From the human T2T-CHM13v2.0 reference genome, Homo sapiens, in the NCBI RefSeq assembly GCF_009914755.1, contig NC_060932.1: a stretch of 64,000 nt of DNA. The stretch is one strand, 5' to 3'. This document shows, piece after piece, positions 14,375 to 30,395 of this stretch. The first letter of the stretch is position 1; the number at the start of each line of letters is the position of its first letter. The notes under the pieces were generated by a model. That model was not told the DNA's origin. It worked only from the letters and a program-made list of their open reading frames with translations, and did no database searches. The position numbers and the translations under genes were made by a program.

Positions 14375-15667
14375 CAGAGTTATTATTAGTTTTTAAATAG
14401 AAATCTGATCATATTTCTCTCCTGCTTAAAACCAGTTAGTGTTTTTACCTTTGTTTGCAGGTCCACCTCAGGCCTTTGAGTCTATCCTGCCAAAAATTCT
14501 GGCCCTGTTCCCTGGAACCCAGGCGAGCTGCTCACTGACGGGCTCTCCGCTCACTGACAGGCTCTCCACGGCTGTGCTGCTTTGTTCTTGCCGTTCCTTC
14601 TCCCTGGGATGCCCATCCCCTTCCTCTGCCTGCTAACTCCTAGCTGTCTTCAGGACCTCCTTGGCTCCTCACCCCTGGAAGCCTTTCTTGCTCTCCCCTT
14701 CTCTCCACACCCCCATGCATCCTGAGCACCCCTTGCCCACAGTTGCTCGTCTCTACCATACTGGTACATCCTCCTTGCCTTTCTGACCCCCTTCCTCCTC
14801 CACGCACACACTGGGCGTTCAGCAGTTGATACCTGTGCCCAGATCACCCGTTGTCTGTCTTATAGTCCCCTCCAGGCTCTCATGGTGCATGCATTCCTGT
14901 GTTCATTTGTTTATTCATGACCCAGATCACTTACACAGCTGTACACCCACTTCCTTCTGAAGCACCAGCCTCGAGGCACTTCTGTTGGAGTCTCACCAAG
15001 ACACAGGCTCTGGATCTGAGCCTCTTCCTTGGGGCTCATTTCCCTTCCAGCCTTCTGTCTACTGATCTGCCTTGACCACAGTCCCCTTCTAGGGGATGCG
15101 ACAGTAGATGCTCTGGAATGTTTGCCTCCACTTCCATGTTTTCAGCGTTGGTGGTGCCATCTATAAAAGCAAATTTCCCAGCAGAGTGAGCCCCCCTCAT
15201 TGGTCCAGGTAAACCCTGCTGGGCTCCCAGCCCTGTGAGAGTGGGAATTTCAGCAAAAGCGGGGCAGAGCCGTCTATGTAAAAAAGGCAAATATCTGTTC
15301 CTTAGCGCTGTCAGCAGCACAATAGCAGCAGTCCCTATTTTAAACCCTTGGAGAATTTGATCTTAATTATATGGTGTGCAGAGGCACTAATAAGTTTACA
15401 AAACTGCCAGCAACACTAAACACATATGTCTCAGAAAACGCTACCCCTTTCTTTGCTTATTGTAGGACTCGGAATGTGGGTAATTGTGAACAATTAAGAG
15501 GGAGTGACCAAACGGTGATTCAAGGGAAGCCTCTAGATAGGTTGGTGGAAGCAGCAAGTCTGCAGGGGGAGGAAGGGCACTTGGAGGCTAGGGAGGTGGC
15601 CCGGAGCCTACAACGGCAGGAATTGCAGTTGAATGGGATCCAGAAAAGCTCGTCAAGAAAGCCAAGA

Positions 15668-15941
15668 CATGTCTGTAATCCCAGCACTTTGGGAGGACAA
15701 GGCGGGTGGATCACTTGAGGTCAGGAGTTTGAGACCAGCTTGGCCAACATGGCAAACCCCTGTCTCTACTAAAAATACAAAAATTAGGTGGGCATGGTGG
15801 TGGGCACCTGTAATCCCAGCTACTCAGGAGCCTGGGTCAGGAGAACTGCTCGAACCCGGGAAGTGGAGGTTGCAACGAGCTGAGATCGCGCCACTTCACT
15901 CCAGCCTGGGCGAAAGAGCAAAACTCCATTTCAAAAAAAAA
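15668..15941 (+). mobile_element. AluSx-like, 5'-truncated
   Basis: ggatcacttgaggtcaggagtttgagaccagc; A tail. Confidence 0.88.
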
Positions 15942-17544
15942 GGCAAACCAAGATATTGTTCTTTCTTACTTCAGATGGGTACCAAGAGGCCCAGTGATAG
16001 GTTTGAGGGTTTCAGAAAAAAAAGGCTGTGTAGCAAATCCAAGCTTCTGCTACCAGCCCCTTGTACCATGGTGGAGTAGAATCAGCGTGGGCCTTGGAAT
16101 CCACAGTTTGCATGACTCCCAGCTTGGCTCTGCTGCTCGGCAGCTAAATGCCATCGTGCTGGTTACCGTGGCTGTTTCTTGGCTTCTTCATCGTAGAAAG
16201 GGGGAAATCCCTGCCTCCTGGGAGTCATGGTAGCACTAACAAGCACGTGTGAAGCCTTAAGCAGATGTCTCGGCGCACAGTAGGTACGTGAATCACATTC
16301 ATTCATTTCATTCTCTGCCTCCTTTCTTTGCAAGCAGATAAAATGCTTTTATCAAGGTCTTCTATGACTGGTACATTTCCAGGCCCATAGGAGGTACTTG
16401 ATCAATATTTACTCAAGGAAGGAACGAATAATCAGTAAATACTGTTTGCTACTAAGTCAAGGAACTCAAGCACAGAGAGGTTAAGTAACTGGGCTAAAGC
16501 ACACAGGAAGTAGATGATAAGCTGGCCTTTAGTCATAGCGGGGGTCCGGATTCAGCACAACTCAAATTCAATCTAGGGCAGAACCCAACTACAGCATGAG
16601 GCTGGGCTATATTCCCTGATCTTTATCCTGAAATTGCAATATTTTACAAGAACACTTATTTCACAGAGGAAAAAAGGAAACACCCCAAAAGCTGAGGGAG
16701 TGTGAACGCCTGATTACAGGCTTCTTTGGATAGAATACAAACTTTGCTTCTGTGATACGTGTGTTTAGGCAGATTAAACTCATGTTTGATTACAAACCCC
16801 AGGATAAAAGGAAAATAAATATGTTCATAAAGCCGAGGAATTCTCAAAGGGAGGAAGACAAAAAATCATCAGTTAATACTCTGATGGCTGCCTCTAGAAG
16901 AGTCTAGGATAGATCCCACCGAGGCATCCCTGTGCTCAGAGCCCCCCTGTGTTCCCCATTTCCCCCACACTATTCACTCTTCCAAGCATGGTGTTCGTGA
17001 CCCTCTAGTTGTGTCTGAATCCAGGACACGTTCTGGCTTCATCTCTCCAACTTTCCCCTCCCACACCAAGCCTAAGCCAAGCATCAGACTGCCTCCTGGG
17101 CCCTGAAGACCTGAGCTTTGCTGCCCAAAGGCCTTTGCCCCTCTTCTCCTTAACCTGTTGGGAAATACTAATCAGTCTTTAAAGCCCAATTGAAATGTAT
17201 AAATTCCCTCAAAGTCCTCTCCTAGCTCCTTGACAGGAAACAATTGTTTCCTCTGCAGTCCTAAAGCACTTGGTAGTTTTCCTGTTCCATTCATCGAAAT
17301 CTGCCTTTTATTAAAATATTAAATTTATCTGGGCATGTGTCTGATTTACCCCTGAATGTGTAAACACACTCTTGTCCCCTACCTTCAGAATCCTGAACAC
17401 TGAATAAGTGTTCAAAGAATGTGACTGGATGGGAACCTCTTTAAATGAACAAAATAGAGGCCCAGGTGATTCAGGTATGTCATGCAGTGAGGTTTTATGC
17501 AGTCATTCCAAAAGTCATGTGCATATTTAAAGATACAGGCATAT

Positions 17545-17835
17545 AGCTGGTAGCCTTTAATTTCTACTGCTCTGGCATGGCCACAGCTACTCACTGAACA
17601 TTCCATCTGCTTGTATTTTTCCTGTCCCCTTGCAGTGAGTTATGCAGGATCATGTGAATATTCTAGCCAATGGAACATCAGCACGAACCATTTGCTAAGG
17701 CAGTGAAAAGTCCTTGTGTGACTCTCTGGGTTTCTTTCTTTTGCTGCAGTGACTGAGACAGCCAGATAGTCCAGCTACAAAATGGCAATACCTCCATCAC
17801 CTGGATACCTGAGTGACCACACGGAGCAGAGGCAC
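17545..17835 (+). mobile_element. MLT1I/J-like MaLR fragment
   Basis: ccccttgcagt...tattctagccaatggaa...cctggatacctgagtgaccacacggagcagag. Confidence 0.6.
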
Positions 17836-19777
17836 ATGTAGGCTAATGTGCCAATCAAGTGATATTACACTGTATACATACAGTGCCTAAAACAGCCCTT
17901 GGCTTATTGTAGGTACTTGACAAATGCTAGCTCCCATCTTCCCTTTCATTCTTCCATGTGGCAGACTTAAAACCGTCCATTTGTAAACCCAGTTATTTAA
18001 CAGAAGGAGCCCAGGATAAATAAGTTGAGATGGAGGATTCAGAGGTCCACAGCATGAGGTGTTGCTGTAAGAGTGGGCCAGGTAAGCTGTGACGGTGGAA
18101 ACTCTGGGAGGACCTGCGTGGATGAAGAAACGGGGAGCCTGAGGGTGCCCCTAACTTGGTAGTTTGACATTTGGCTTGCCTGTCCTCTCTTACGTATTGA
18201 TAGCGTTCAGTCCTCGCCCCGGTGGGGCAGAGGATAAGGGAGACAGAGAGGAATCTCTGGACTTCCACCATGACAGCAGAAGAGAGATCTAGAGGGTGGT
18301 GTGTAGGGATAAAAGGTTATAAAGGGAGTGAGGTTTAGGAGCCTGCAGAGAAAGAAAAGCATCCCACTTAATCCTATTTGTCCTATGGGAGTTTTCCAAA
18401 GCCAGACAAAGAAAATTCTATCTAACGTCCGGTCTCCACGCGCACACTGTCCAGGACAGTCTTTATGTTCTTTTTTAACTCAGCATACACTTGGCTGCAC
18501 AGATTTTAAGAAGGAAAAAGGTTGTTTTAATAGTGTTAATGGGGGGTGATGGGCGAATCATAATCTTTAACCAAAATGGCTCACTCATTTGTGCAGCTAT
18601 TGAAAGCTAAGGTTCTTTGGTAGGGATAGAAGAAAAGGACTGGAAATAGCTTGCCGCCCACCTACTCTGCAGGAGTGCTGTGTGCATTTGTGAGGGGATG
18701 CTTGGCGCTGTGAACTCCGGGGAAGGAAGTTGCTTTGCCAATCCCAAATATTATTGTGACTTGCTTAGGCAGAGATGAAGGAGCGATGGGGGTGGGAGGC
18801 TGGCTACAGCATGGGGTGTTTTTCTTTTGGGGCTCCCAAGATACTTCAGAAGCAAAACTCCTGCTGAGAAAGACCCCAAGGAGAATGGAATATATACTCT
18901 GGAATCTTATTCCTATGAGCCCCTGGTCGAGAAACAGTGCCTTGTTGTGGCTTCATGTCTTCATGTATCCCAGCTGCTGACTTTTAACCTTATTGAAGGA
19001 AGGACACATGCGGATCTTGCAAATAACTTAAAGCTTGTTAGAAAAATGGAATGAAGTAAATAACATTAGAGTAATAATGTAATGAAAGCAGAGCATGAAC
19101 ATTTTGTATCGTCATCCTTGCAAAATAGCTTAAAGTGCTTCTCAGGAAGGACTGCACTGGTATAAAGCTGTGCGTGGAACTACTGAAGTGCAGTTGGGTG
19201 GCAGAAAATAATCACAATAATTATCACTGTCTTGCATTTGGAAAGCAGTTTAGAACTTACAAAGCACATTCCACATGCTTCATCTCCCGTTAATCCTATA
19301 GCACGGCATTTAGGAGAACACTCGGGATGCTCTCCACTTCAGAGGCAGGAACCATGAGGCCCACCCAGGTGAAGGGATTGGGCATCACGGCTAGTAAAAT
19401 CCTCCTGCGTCCAATCCATTTTGGTTCCACCAAACAAAAATTCAAAAACAAAATACACCAAGAAAAAGAACAAAGACGCATAATCAGTGATTTAAAAAGC
19501 AGCTTGTAACATGGTAAGGAAAGGCTTTACAGAGAGAGACTTCCACAGTGATTTCTAAACACATTTTGTTTTGTTCTTTGCTTAAGGAAACCATGCTATG
19601 GTTTGGTGGAGGAGAGAGGAAAGTAGGCTTTTTTTTTTTTTAATATACGTAGAAAAATGGAATTTAGAGAGCTCGAAAGGCAGGAGGGAAGATGGCATTG
19701 CACTGAGCTGAAGAGACAATAGACCCAGGAGGTGGGAAGACAGGCCTCTTAGATAAATTAGTGGAAATGTTAATTTA

Positions 19778-20073
<296 letters not shown>

Positions 20074-20426
20074 GCCATTAGAAGCCCATGTAGGTTTCTG
20101 AGAAAGGGCATGACAGCAGCAAACCGCTTGAGAGATGATTCTTATGGCACCCCAAAACATGAAAAGGGGAAATGTGTGTGCAATTGGAGAACATTATGGA
20201 GGAAGGAAGGACAGACAGGACTTTGTGACAGAACCAACTAAAAGGAAGACAGGGAGCAGTCACACCTGACAGAGTCCAGAGCAGTAGGCTGGGGATGGGG
20301 CATGCTGGAAGCTGCCAATCAGAGTCGCCTAGAAGCTCATCTGCACCACAAGAACTCATCCTCTTCACCCACCTGTGCTCGAACCTACCCTTCCAATTCC
20401 ACATAGACTCTCTGGAGGTAAGGTGT

Positions 20427-20809
20427 TGATATGGTTTCGGTCTGTGTCCTTGCCCAAATCTCATGTTGAATTGTAATCCCCAAGGCTAAAGGAGGGGGCT
20501 GGTGGGAGGTGATTGGATCATGGGGGCAGATTCCCCCTTGCTGTTCTTGTGATGGTGAGTCAGTTCTCATGAGATCTGGTTGTTTAAAAGTGTGTAGCAT
20601 TTCCTCCTTCTCCCTCTTCCTCCTGCTTCAGCCATGTAACACGTGCATGCTTCCCCTTCAACTTCTACCATGATTGTAAGTTTCCTGAGGCCTCCCCAGC
20701 CATGCTACCTGTACAGCTTGCAGAACTGTGAACCAATCAAACCTCTTTTCTTTATAAATTACTCAGACTCAGGCAGTTCTTTATAGCAGTGCAAGAATAA
20801 ACTAATACA
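20427..20809 (+). mobile_element. MSTA/MSTB solo LTR
   Basis: tgatatggtttcgg...aactaataca with a perfect 5-bp TSD, GGTGT. Confidence 0.9.
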
Positions 20810-21220
20810 GGTGTGTATTGGGAAGAGCTCCCCGGGTAATTCCCCCTTGGGTTACCAAGGCATGGGATAAAAGGATAAAAATTAAGACCCCAGTGCCAGA
20901 AGAGCTTAGGTCTAACACGAGTAGATAGGAAACATGAACTGCAACTGGCAGTGCTATGTGATAGGGTGGGGTATGTAGAGAAGGCTCTAGGAACTCACAT
21001 GACAGGGATGGTTCACCCTACATAGAGAAGGGGAGAGTCAGGAAAAGAGACAGTTGAGCTGTTCTCAATCCTAGCTGACTATTTCAAATAACCAATTAAA
21101 TCAGGCTGGAGGGCTCCGGGCGTGGGGTGGTGGTGGGGGGACGGGGCGGGGTTGCCTGGGTAATGAGCTGTTTTTTTGCACGTGGTTCTAATGGAACCAG
21201 GGTTGACAACAGCTGTCAGA

Positions 21221-21815
<595 letters not shown>

Positions 21816-21880
21816 CATAAACCATTTTTTGGAAGAGAGCTATGACACAGCTATGTTTTATAACAATTCTGGTGGGGGAG

Positions 21881-22205
21881 TGATCTGGTTAGGCTTTGTG
21901 TTCCCATGTATGGAGAGAAGGGAGTGATTGGATTGTGAGGGTGGTTTCCCATGTTATTCTCACGATAGTGAGTGAATTCTCACGAGATCTGCCGGTTTTA
22001 TAAATGGTAGTTTTTCCTGCTCTCTCACACGCTGTTTTTCACCTGCCACCACGTAATACGTGCCTGCTTCGCCTTCCACCATGGTTCTAAGTTTCCTGAG
22101 GACTCCCCGGCCATGTGGAACAGTGAGCCAATTAAACCTCTTTCCTTTATGAATTACCTAGTCTCAGGTAGTATCTTTATAGTGGTTTGAGAATGGACTA
22201 ATACA
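21881..22205 (+). mobile_element. THE1D-like solo LTR with an internal deletion
   Basis: tgatctggttaggctttgtg...gaatggactaataca; TSD gggag/gagag. Confidence 0.85.
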
Positions 22206-22816
22206 GAGAGGATGCGTAAAAAGAGATGCAAAAATTTCCAACATTTGGCTAAATTTATTCGGGCTATGGGGCCCCCTTTTGCCTGCAGTGGTGATAAGGC
22301 AATGGCCAGTGAATCTTAGAAAAACGGTATGTTTGAAAGCCACAAAAATGATTGTCTTACTTCTCCATGAGATTTTTGTTTGTTTAAATAAAATGAAAGC
22401 TGATACAGTACACTTCCCTTCCAAATTCCAAAGTCTGGAGTTGCCTCACCTCTAGCTAATTGAAGGTTATGAAAATAAGTGATTTCAAAAACACCTGTCC
22501 TTCCAATTCAGGACGTAAAATCCATCCCATCCTCAATTTTTGTAAGAGTTTCAGGCAGTGTAATCATATTTTAAGTATCAATCCAGGCACTTGGAAAAGC
22601 AGTTCTAGTAAATGAGGTAGGTCTTTGCCTTTGGACTAATGTAAGCACGGAGGGCGGCTATTTTCTTCCTCTTCCTGGCCCTGTTCCTGCCTTCCTTAAG
22701 AAATCTTTGTATTAAATTGAAGTTTCTTTTCATTGTTTATAGTTTTTAATTGAAAACCTTTAGTTCTCTTTTCATATTAAAATACGGGTGAATTAAAGTT
22801 TATATTTAACCCTTTT

Positions 22817-23094
22817 ACACCTGTAATCCCAGCACTTTGACAGGAAGATCGCTAGATACCTGGGCAACATAGCAAGACCCTGTCTCTACAAAATTTTAAA
22901 ATTAGCTGGGTGTGATGGCATGCACCTGTGGTCCCAGCTACTCAGGAGGCTGAGGCAGGAGGATTGAGTGAGCCCACGAGATTGAGGTTACAGCAGCCAT
23001 TTCTGTGCCACTGCACTCCAGCCTGGGCAACAGAGTGAGACCTTGTCTCAAAAAACAAACAAACAAAACAACAACAACAACAACAACAACAAAA
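22817..23094 (+). mobile_element. AluJ, partly deleted, with (AAAC)n(AAC)n tail
   Basis: cacctgtaatcccagcacttt...gaccttgtctc followed by a microsatellite tail. Confidence 0.85.
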
Positions 23095-24130
23095 CACCCT
23101 TTTAAAAACCATTAAATTAAGTTGATTTTTACATGTATGTTCTTGGATTTTACCCTCCTCTTCTCCTTCTATGAATACAAGATACTCATAGATATCTCTT
23201 AGTACAAAGTACACAAACACAGACACTGTTTCCAGATGGTCGTACAAGTTTAATGGTGGGTAGGAGCACTGTAGACCTGAGTTTACAGACGCTTCATTTT
23301 ATTTTTAGACTCCTCAGATGGATTTCCTTCCTCAATGTAATCCAGCATTCATTAAATGCCCAGTAGACCAGGCCTGGGGGTGAGGGGCAGAGAGATGAAT
23401 AAGCTAGGCTTTGCACACTCCTGATCTTCCTACTAAATTTAAGATATAAGTATGGGAACGAGATTATTTTTTCTATTTTAGTGTAATGAAACTGGGGCCC
23501 AAAAAGGTTCAGGGCATCGATTGAAGCTTATAGGAGTGGATCCAACAAGACCCTTCTGCCTTGGACCCCATCCAATCGTTCTGTTACATGATGTGTTTCA
23601 AGAATGCCTGAGTCAATGGGGAGGTGGCAGTAATTCATCATTTATTTTACTCTTACAGAAAAATTGGCATTTCCGTTATGTACTGTTTTTCTGAGCTTTT
23701 TAAGCATGGACTAAAAAAAATGATAGAACCTACCTGGTAAAGTGCTTATTAAGTGTAGGGTATCAAATATTATACCTTTAACTGTTTCCCATTAGAAAAG
23801 ACCAAAATGTTTGAATAAAACATTTTAATAAATGTTTTTTAAATGTTCAATATTTTACTTAACATCCTTTTAGACTCATTACAGACCATTAAAAAGTATT
23901 AATTGACCAGGGACTATTAAATTCCATATGATTTGTACTTATGTTTTTAAAATTGTGTGAGCACTGACAACAGTGCTGACGATTTTACATTTTCACATAA
24001 CTACCCTAAAACTTTGAAGTTTCTTAACTATTAAACAATAAAACACTAAAATCCTATAATAAATTCTGGCAAAACCCAAACCACTGTTTTATACCTTAAA
24101 AAATCCTAAAGGAATCCTATAATTATTATA

Positions 24131-24429
24131 TTTTTTTTTTTTTTGAGATGGAGTCTCGCTCTGTCACCCAGGCGGGAGTGCAGTGGCGCAATCTCGGCTC
24201 ACTGCAACCTCTGCCTCCTGGGTTCAAGTGATTCTCCTGCCTCAACCTCCTGAGTAGCTGGGGCTACAGGCACCCGCCACCATACCTGGCTAATTATTTT
24301 TGCATTTTTAGTAGAGACAGGGTTTCGCCATGTTGGCCAGGCTGGTCTTGAGCTCCTGATTTCAGGTGATCCACCCGCCTTGGCCTGCCAAAGTGCTGGG
24401 ATTACAGGCATGAGCCACCGTGCCTGGCC
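24131..24429 (-). mobile_element. AluSx
   Basis: Full dimer; TSD gaatcctataatt/gaatcctctaatt. Confidence 0.9.
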
Positions 24430-24769
24430 AGAATCCTCTAATTCTTTATGTCTCAACTCACTCTTGAACTTCGTTAAGAAAAAAAGGCAACCATAAGTTT
24501 CTGAGCTGTTAGACACATAAATTGTGGTATTGTCCCTTTTTACTTATTTCTTTGTTTTCTTCATGCATGCAATAAATCTTCCTTTTTCTGTTAGATAGTA
24601 GAAGTGACTCCTAAAACTTGCTTAAATTAATCTAAGTAAAGTGTAATTCATTAGCTTCATATTTTGTGTTTTCAAAGTTGAAATTTTAGCCACAGCAGTA
24701 TCAAGGATTCCACTCTATTTCCTACCCCAACCTTGACAGGTTCTCTTATAATTATACTTCAACTGCTGG

Positions 24770-24980
24770 AAATACTGGAAATAGCATGAACTTTATATTA
24801 AGGTGGGCCTGAATTAAAGTCCCAGCTTCACCACTTTTTGGCTGGGTGACTTGGGCAAATTACTTCTCTGGGTCTGTTTCCTCATGGGCAAAATGAGAAT
24901 ACTTTATCTTCAGGAGAGTGGTAAAAATTAAGTAATAATGAGTGTTGAACTCCTAGCCCAGTGCATGGTGCAAGTAAGTT
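24770..24980 (+). mobile_element. MIR
   Basis: gggtgacttgggcaaattacttctctgggtctgtttcctcat core. Confidence 0.7.
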
Positions 24981-25302
24981 CACTGAGGTGAGTTTTCTTG
25001 TCTTTTTCTGGTAAGCAAAGAAATAAACAGACAAACAAAAATCTTACCTAGCACCTGTTTCTTCTAAGTCACAAATCACATTCATAGACTTTTCATCCCA
25101 AATCAGACATCTTCAAATGTGCACTCTACAAGAGCTGGCTCTTATCTCTATTCTCTAGAAAACGAGGAGCTTTGTTAACTCTCCTCTCCTTTGGGAAATG
25201 CTAGCTTTCACTTCAGAAAGCAGAATCTTAGGAGTTTGAAATAAACATTTTAAAAGCCAGTTTGGTTGCAATTTTAAGTACATTAAGAGTATATTTTATT
25301 AA

Positions 25303-25611
<309 letters not shown>

Positions 25612-25954
25612 TAAATAATAGTGAATATTGAAGATGGATGTTCTTATCAGTGGAGACCCATCAATGGGTATAAATGGTAAATCTGTTTGTTCTGGAGTTT
25701 TATGAAATTTCCTGCCCAGAATGCTCCTTCTCTTGGGGGCTGAACCTTCCTGGAGCCTTCCCTGAAATGTTCTGACCAAACTCATCCCCCACTACCCCAA
25801 CCATAATTAACTGGCCCAAGAGAGGGCACCTGGAAGCGGAGCCAATGAATTCTTTCTCTACAGTTTTTGACCTATGGGCAAAAGAGGTCAATTAGCATCT
25901 GGTGTTACAAACTACAACATGTGAAATTTGAGAACAATATGGACACACTTCCTA

Positions 25955-26230
<276 letters not shown>

Positions 26231-26324
26231 AAGAAGGAAAAAAGGATGGAGAGTGAATCTTGGGAGTCTCAGTGCCAGTCGCCACATCCTCCCGCTCTCA
26301 AGTGAACTTGTAATTCTTCAGTAG

Positions 26325-26666
<342 letters not shown>

Positions 26667-27009
26667 TAAAGCATTTTGAGTGTGAAAGTGGGAGACAGGG
26701 GAAAAGAGGGAAAGTAAGTTCTCTCTTCTTTAGGAAAATCTTCCAGAGAGGGAGGTGGTTTTAAATCAGTCAATCTACCCATAACAGAATCTAGCATCAC
26801 CACGAGTTACTGGAAAGTTTGCAGATTACAGCCTGCCCTAACTGATTTACTGGGTAGTCTTCCTTATATATTATTCATGGCTCCTCCTCTTTGGCTCATT
26901 GGCTCATGCCATTGATAGTGTACTCATTTGGGGCAAGGATCAGAAGACTAAAAGTGTGTGTTTCAGGACATGTGTAGCACAATATTTAAAAATTAAGTAA
27001 ATTACAGCT

Positions 27010-27245
27010 AATACTTCTTGTGTGCCTACTATGTTCTATGCACCCTTGCAAAGCTTTCTACATTTCAGCTCATTTCTCTTTTACAACCATCTATGTCAAG
27101 GTCATTGTTGTCATCCTTATTTTATAGTTGAAGAAACTGTCGCACAGAGGGGCTAAGTAGCTTGTCCAGGGTCACCTAGGTGATGTGGGGTAGAATCAGA
27201 ATTCAAATCCAGGCAGCCTGGCTCCAGAATCCTGGCTCTTACTGC
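27010..27245 (-). mobile_element. MIR
   Basis: attttatagttgaagaaactgtcgcacagaggggctaagtagcttgtccagggtcac. Confidence 0.75.
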
Positions 27246-27674
27246 CCATGGGATATGGTATATGTGGTTTTCCTTTAATGACCAGATACAGGATTTGGTG
27301 CTTCATGACAGTACTTCCTGAGCCCTGTGGGATTGCTGGATTCCTCCTGGGGAGAGAAGGTGGTTTTAGACCTGCTGCCATTATCTGCCTATGGTGGTTC
27401 AAAAGCTCAGGGATTTGTCCAGCCACTGATAACTGAAGTTTGTTGGAATAACGTAAGCTGCGGCCCTAAGAGCATTATTCCAATTATTCTGTATGAAATT
27501 CTGTAGAATTCTATAAGAATTTCCTTATACACAGTAAACATCTAATACCTAAGCAATGAATTAAAAATGGAGCAACAACTAGTTATAAAGACTATCTCAA
27601 TGTATAATAGGGATTGGACATTGGCCATTTCTGGGTGGTAAGAATACTGATGATTTTTACTTTGTTTTTCAAGT

Positions 27675-27981
27675 TTTTGTTGGTTTGTTTGTTTGTTTGA
27701 GATGGAGCCTCGCTCTGTCGCCCAAGCTGGAGTGATGTGGTGTGATCTCCACTCACTGCAACCTCTGCCTCCCGGGTTCAAAGAAATTCTCCTGCCTCAG
27801 CCTCCTGAGTAGCTGGGATTACAGGCAACCACCACCACGCCCAGCTAATTTTTGTATTTTTAGTACAGATGAGGTTTCACCACGTTGGCCAGGCTGGTCT
27901 TGAATTCCTGACTTCAGGTGATCCACCTGCCTCAGCCTCCCAAAGTGCTGGGATTACAGGCGTTAGCCACCGCACCCAGCC
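27675..27981 (-). mobile_element. AluSx
   Basis: Full dimer with (TTTG)n tail. Confidence 0.9.
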
Positions 27982-28825
27982 TGTATTTCAAGTTTTTAGC
28001 CAATTACGTGTATCCTTATTTTCAAATCAGAAAAAAAGTATTTTTTAAAAGAAGACATTTAGATGCAATAATTATCTTGTGTCAGTTTTTGTTTCATTTT
28101 TGTGTTTTATACTCCAAAATAAATGTTTTACTTTGCATGTTGCATGTCCTAAGTGTAAAGTTTTATGTAAATAGTCAGTAAATACCTGTTGCCATATTTG
28201 TCAATATATTCCATTTTCATAAGACCCTGTCATTCTTGATTTTTAAAAAATCATAAAATTTAAAAATATAATAATAGATGAAACTCTTAGAATAATGGAA
28301 TTACATATACGCATTAATCATATGTAACTAGTAGTTTAAGACCCTAATTTTTCTTACATTTTTTGTTTCTTTCAATTCAAGCAAATGCTTCATCACCCCA
28401 GGGAAGCTTTCTGCAGGCAGGAAGCGGGAAGAATCTATCAGCTTTCCAGGCCTTCATTTAGAAATGGCTTCATTAAGAACTATAGGGTATGAAGAGCAAG
28501 GGTCTTTCCAAAACAAAGAAGACCTTCCCATATGGATGACAGAAGTGAAGACTAGGGGTGTTAGAATAGCAGAGGCCTCTGTCACTCCCCTAGGGGTGCA
28601 GGGAGACGTGGTGCTATCTTGCATGGGGTATGGTGTAATTGGAATGTGGGGCCCTGGGCACTAGAGGGTCCTGGTCTTATAAATGAGTCCTGATAGCCCA
28701 ACACTGCCTAAAAACAGCAGAGAGCAGTAGGCGCGCAGGACCTGGCACTCGGTGGTCAGAGATGAGGCTCTTATCTCTGTGTGGATGACTGGCTTATGGC
28801 CAGAAGGAGAAGCCCCGTACCAGCC

Positions 28826-29190
28826 TGTTATAGACTGAGATGTTACCTCTTAAAACCTATGTGTTGAATACGACTGTGTTTGGAGATCAAGTCTTTAAAC
28901 AGACTTTTAAATTAAAAGGAGATCATATGAGTGGTCCTTCGTCCAATACAATTGGTATCCATATAAGCAGAGGAGATTTGGACACAGAAGCACATAGAGG
29001 GATGATCAGATCAGGACACAGGGAGAATATGACATCTACAAGCCAAGGATAGAGACCTTAGGGGAAACCAACCCCACTGACACCCTGACCTTGGACTTCC
29101 AGCCTCTGGAACAGTGAGAAAATAAGTTTCTGTTACTTAAGTCACCCAATCTGTGCTAATCTGTAGTGGCAGCCTTAGCAGACTAATGCA
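28826..29190 (+). mobile_element. MLT1B-like MaLR LTR
   Basis: tgttatagactga...ttggacttccagcctc...gcagccttagcagactaatgca. Confidence 0.8.
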
Positions 29191-30147
29191 TAGGCACTGG
29201 TCCTATGTGAGACCCCAGAACTCTCACATCCTTAGGTGGGCAACCCCAGGAAGACCGAGGCAGAGAGCTTGCCACTCTCGTAGCATTAGGGCCGGAATAG
29301 CAACTCAATTGTTTAATTAAAAATAAAACAATGCCTTATTTCTTCCACATCTAAATTTGCACCCTATAATTCAAACTTATTACCCATGTTCTTTTGTTTC
29401 ATGTTGATTTGGCTGTACTATATTTTGAGGAATCTGTTTTTATTTATACTATTTGTTTTTTTTAATGTATCTCTCTTAGAACTCATTATTTTTTTACCCA
29501 TTGTAAGGTTGTTCAAAATTGTCTAATACATTTCTTACTTTTCTAGGAAGATTGGCTATACTCATTTTTGTCTTAAGTGTTCAAAACTGCATACACATGC
29601 TCATATGCATGCACACACGCACACACAAACACACATTTTCTTTTATAGGAAGTCTTCAGAGGGAAGTTTCACTATAGAGGAGAGACTTAGGAGAAAGAAC
29701 TGGAAGCCAGATCTCCCAGTTTTCAGCTGATTCAGCTGATAGGAGGCAGAACAAACCAACAATAAACAGGAAAAGCATTGAAAAGGACTTTGAGACTTCT
29801 GTGATTTTTATCAGCAGATGGCAAGTGTAATTTAATCTAAACAAACTAATAATTAATTGGGGAACAAGAAGGTTGGTGGGCAGAAAATAATCCTCCAGCA
29901 CACAGATCAAGAAAAGGATTTAGGGATTATTCTTGAAAAATCATTAAAACTATCAGTCTAGAGCATAGTTCTGGGAACAAAGGCAAACAGCATTAGCAGA
30001 GAGAAAGCATAGAAAACTGGGGGTGGTACCAGTTATTTTGAAAAGAACTTGTTTGATCTAGTCAGGAATATCATCATGGTAGCAATTGTTATGTAAGAAA
30101 GTCATATAAGAATGACAAAACCCAAGAATCAAATGCATCCACTTACA

Positions 30148-30395
30148 CAGGGGACTGCAAACTCCAATGCCTTCAAGGACCAAGCACGTAGGTGAATGTG
30201 TGAAGTCACCACGGGAATGGTGACTTTTAGGAATGGTGGGAACTGAGTTAGAATGGAGGGCGCTTAAGGTTTTCAGGTTTTTGCACACACACCCACACAT
30301 GCACCCACCCACCCATCCACCCACACATTGTATTTGCCAAACAAAACCTGTCTGCCTGCTCGGTTCAGCTCTTGGCTGCCAGTGTAGATCTGGGA
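30148..30395. mobile_element. MER102-like hAT-Charlie relic
   Basis: caggggactgcaaactccaatgcc...gccaaacaaaacctgtctgc. Confidence 0.55.

Noticed and set aside
14530-14567. Short direct repeats (19 bp x2 here; 18 bp x2 at about 50331-50368) considered as CRISPR-like arrays
   Set aside because: Only two adjacent copies with no spacers; ordinary slippage duplications in eukaryotic DNA.
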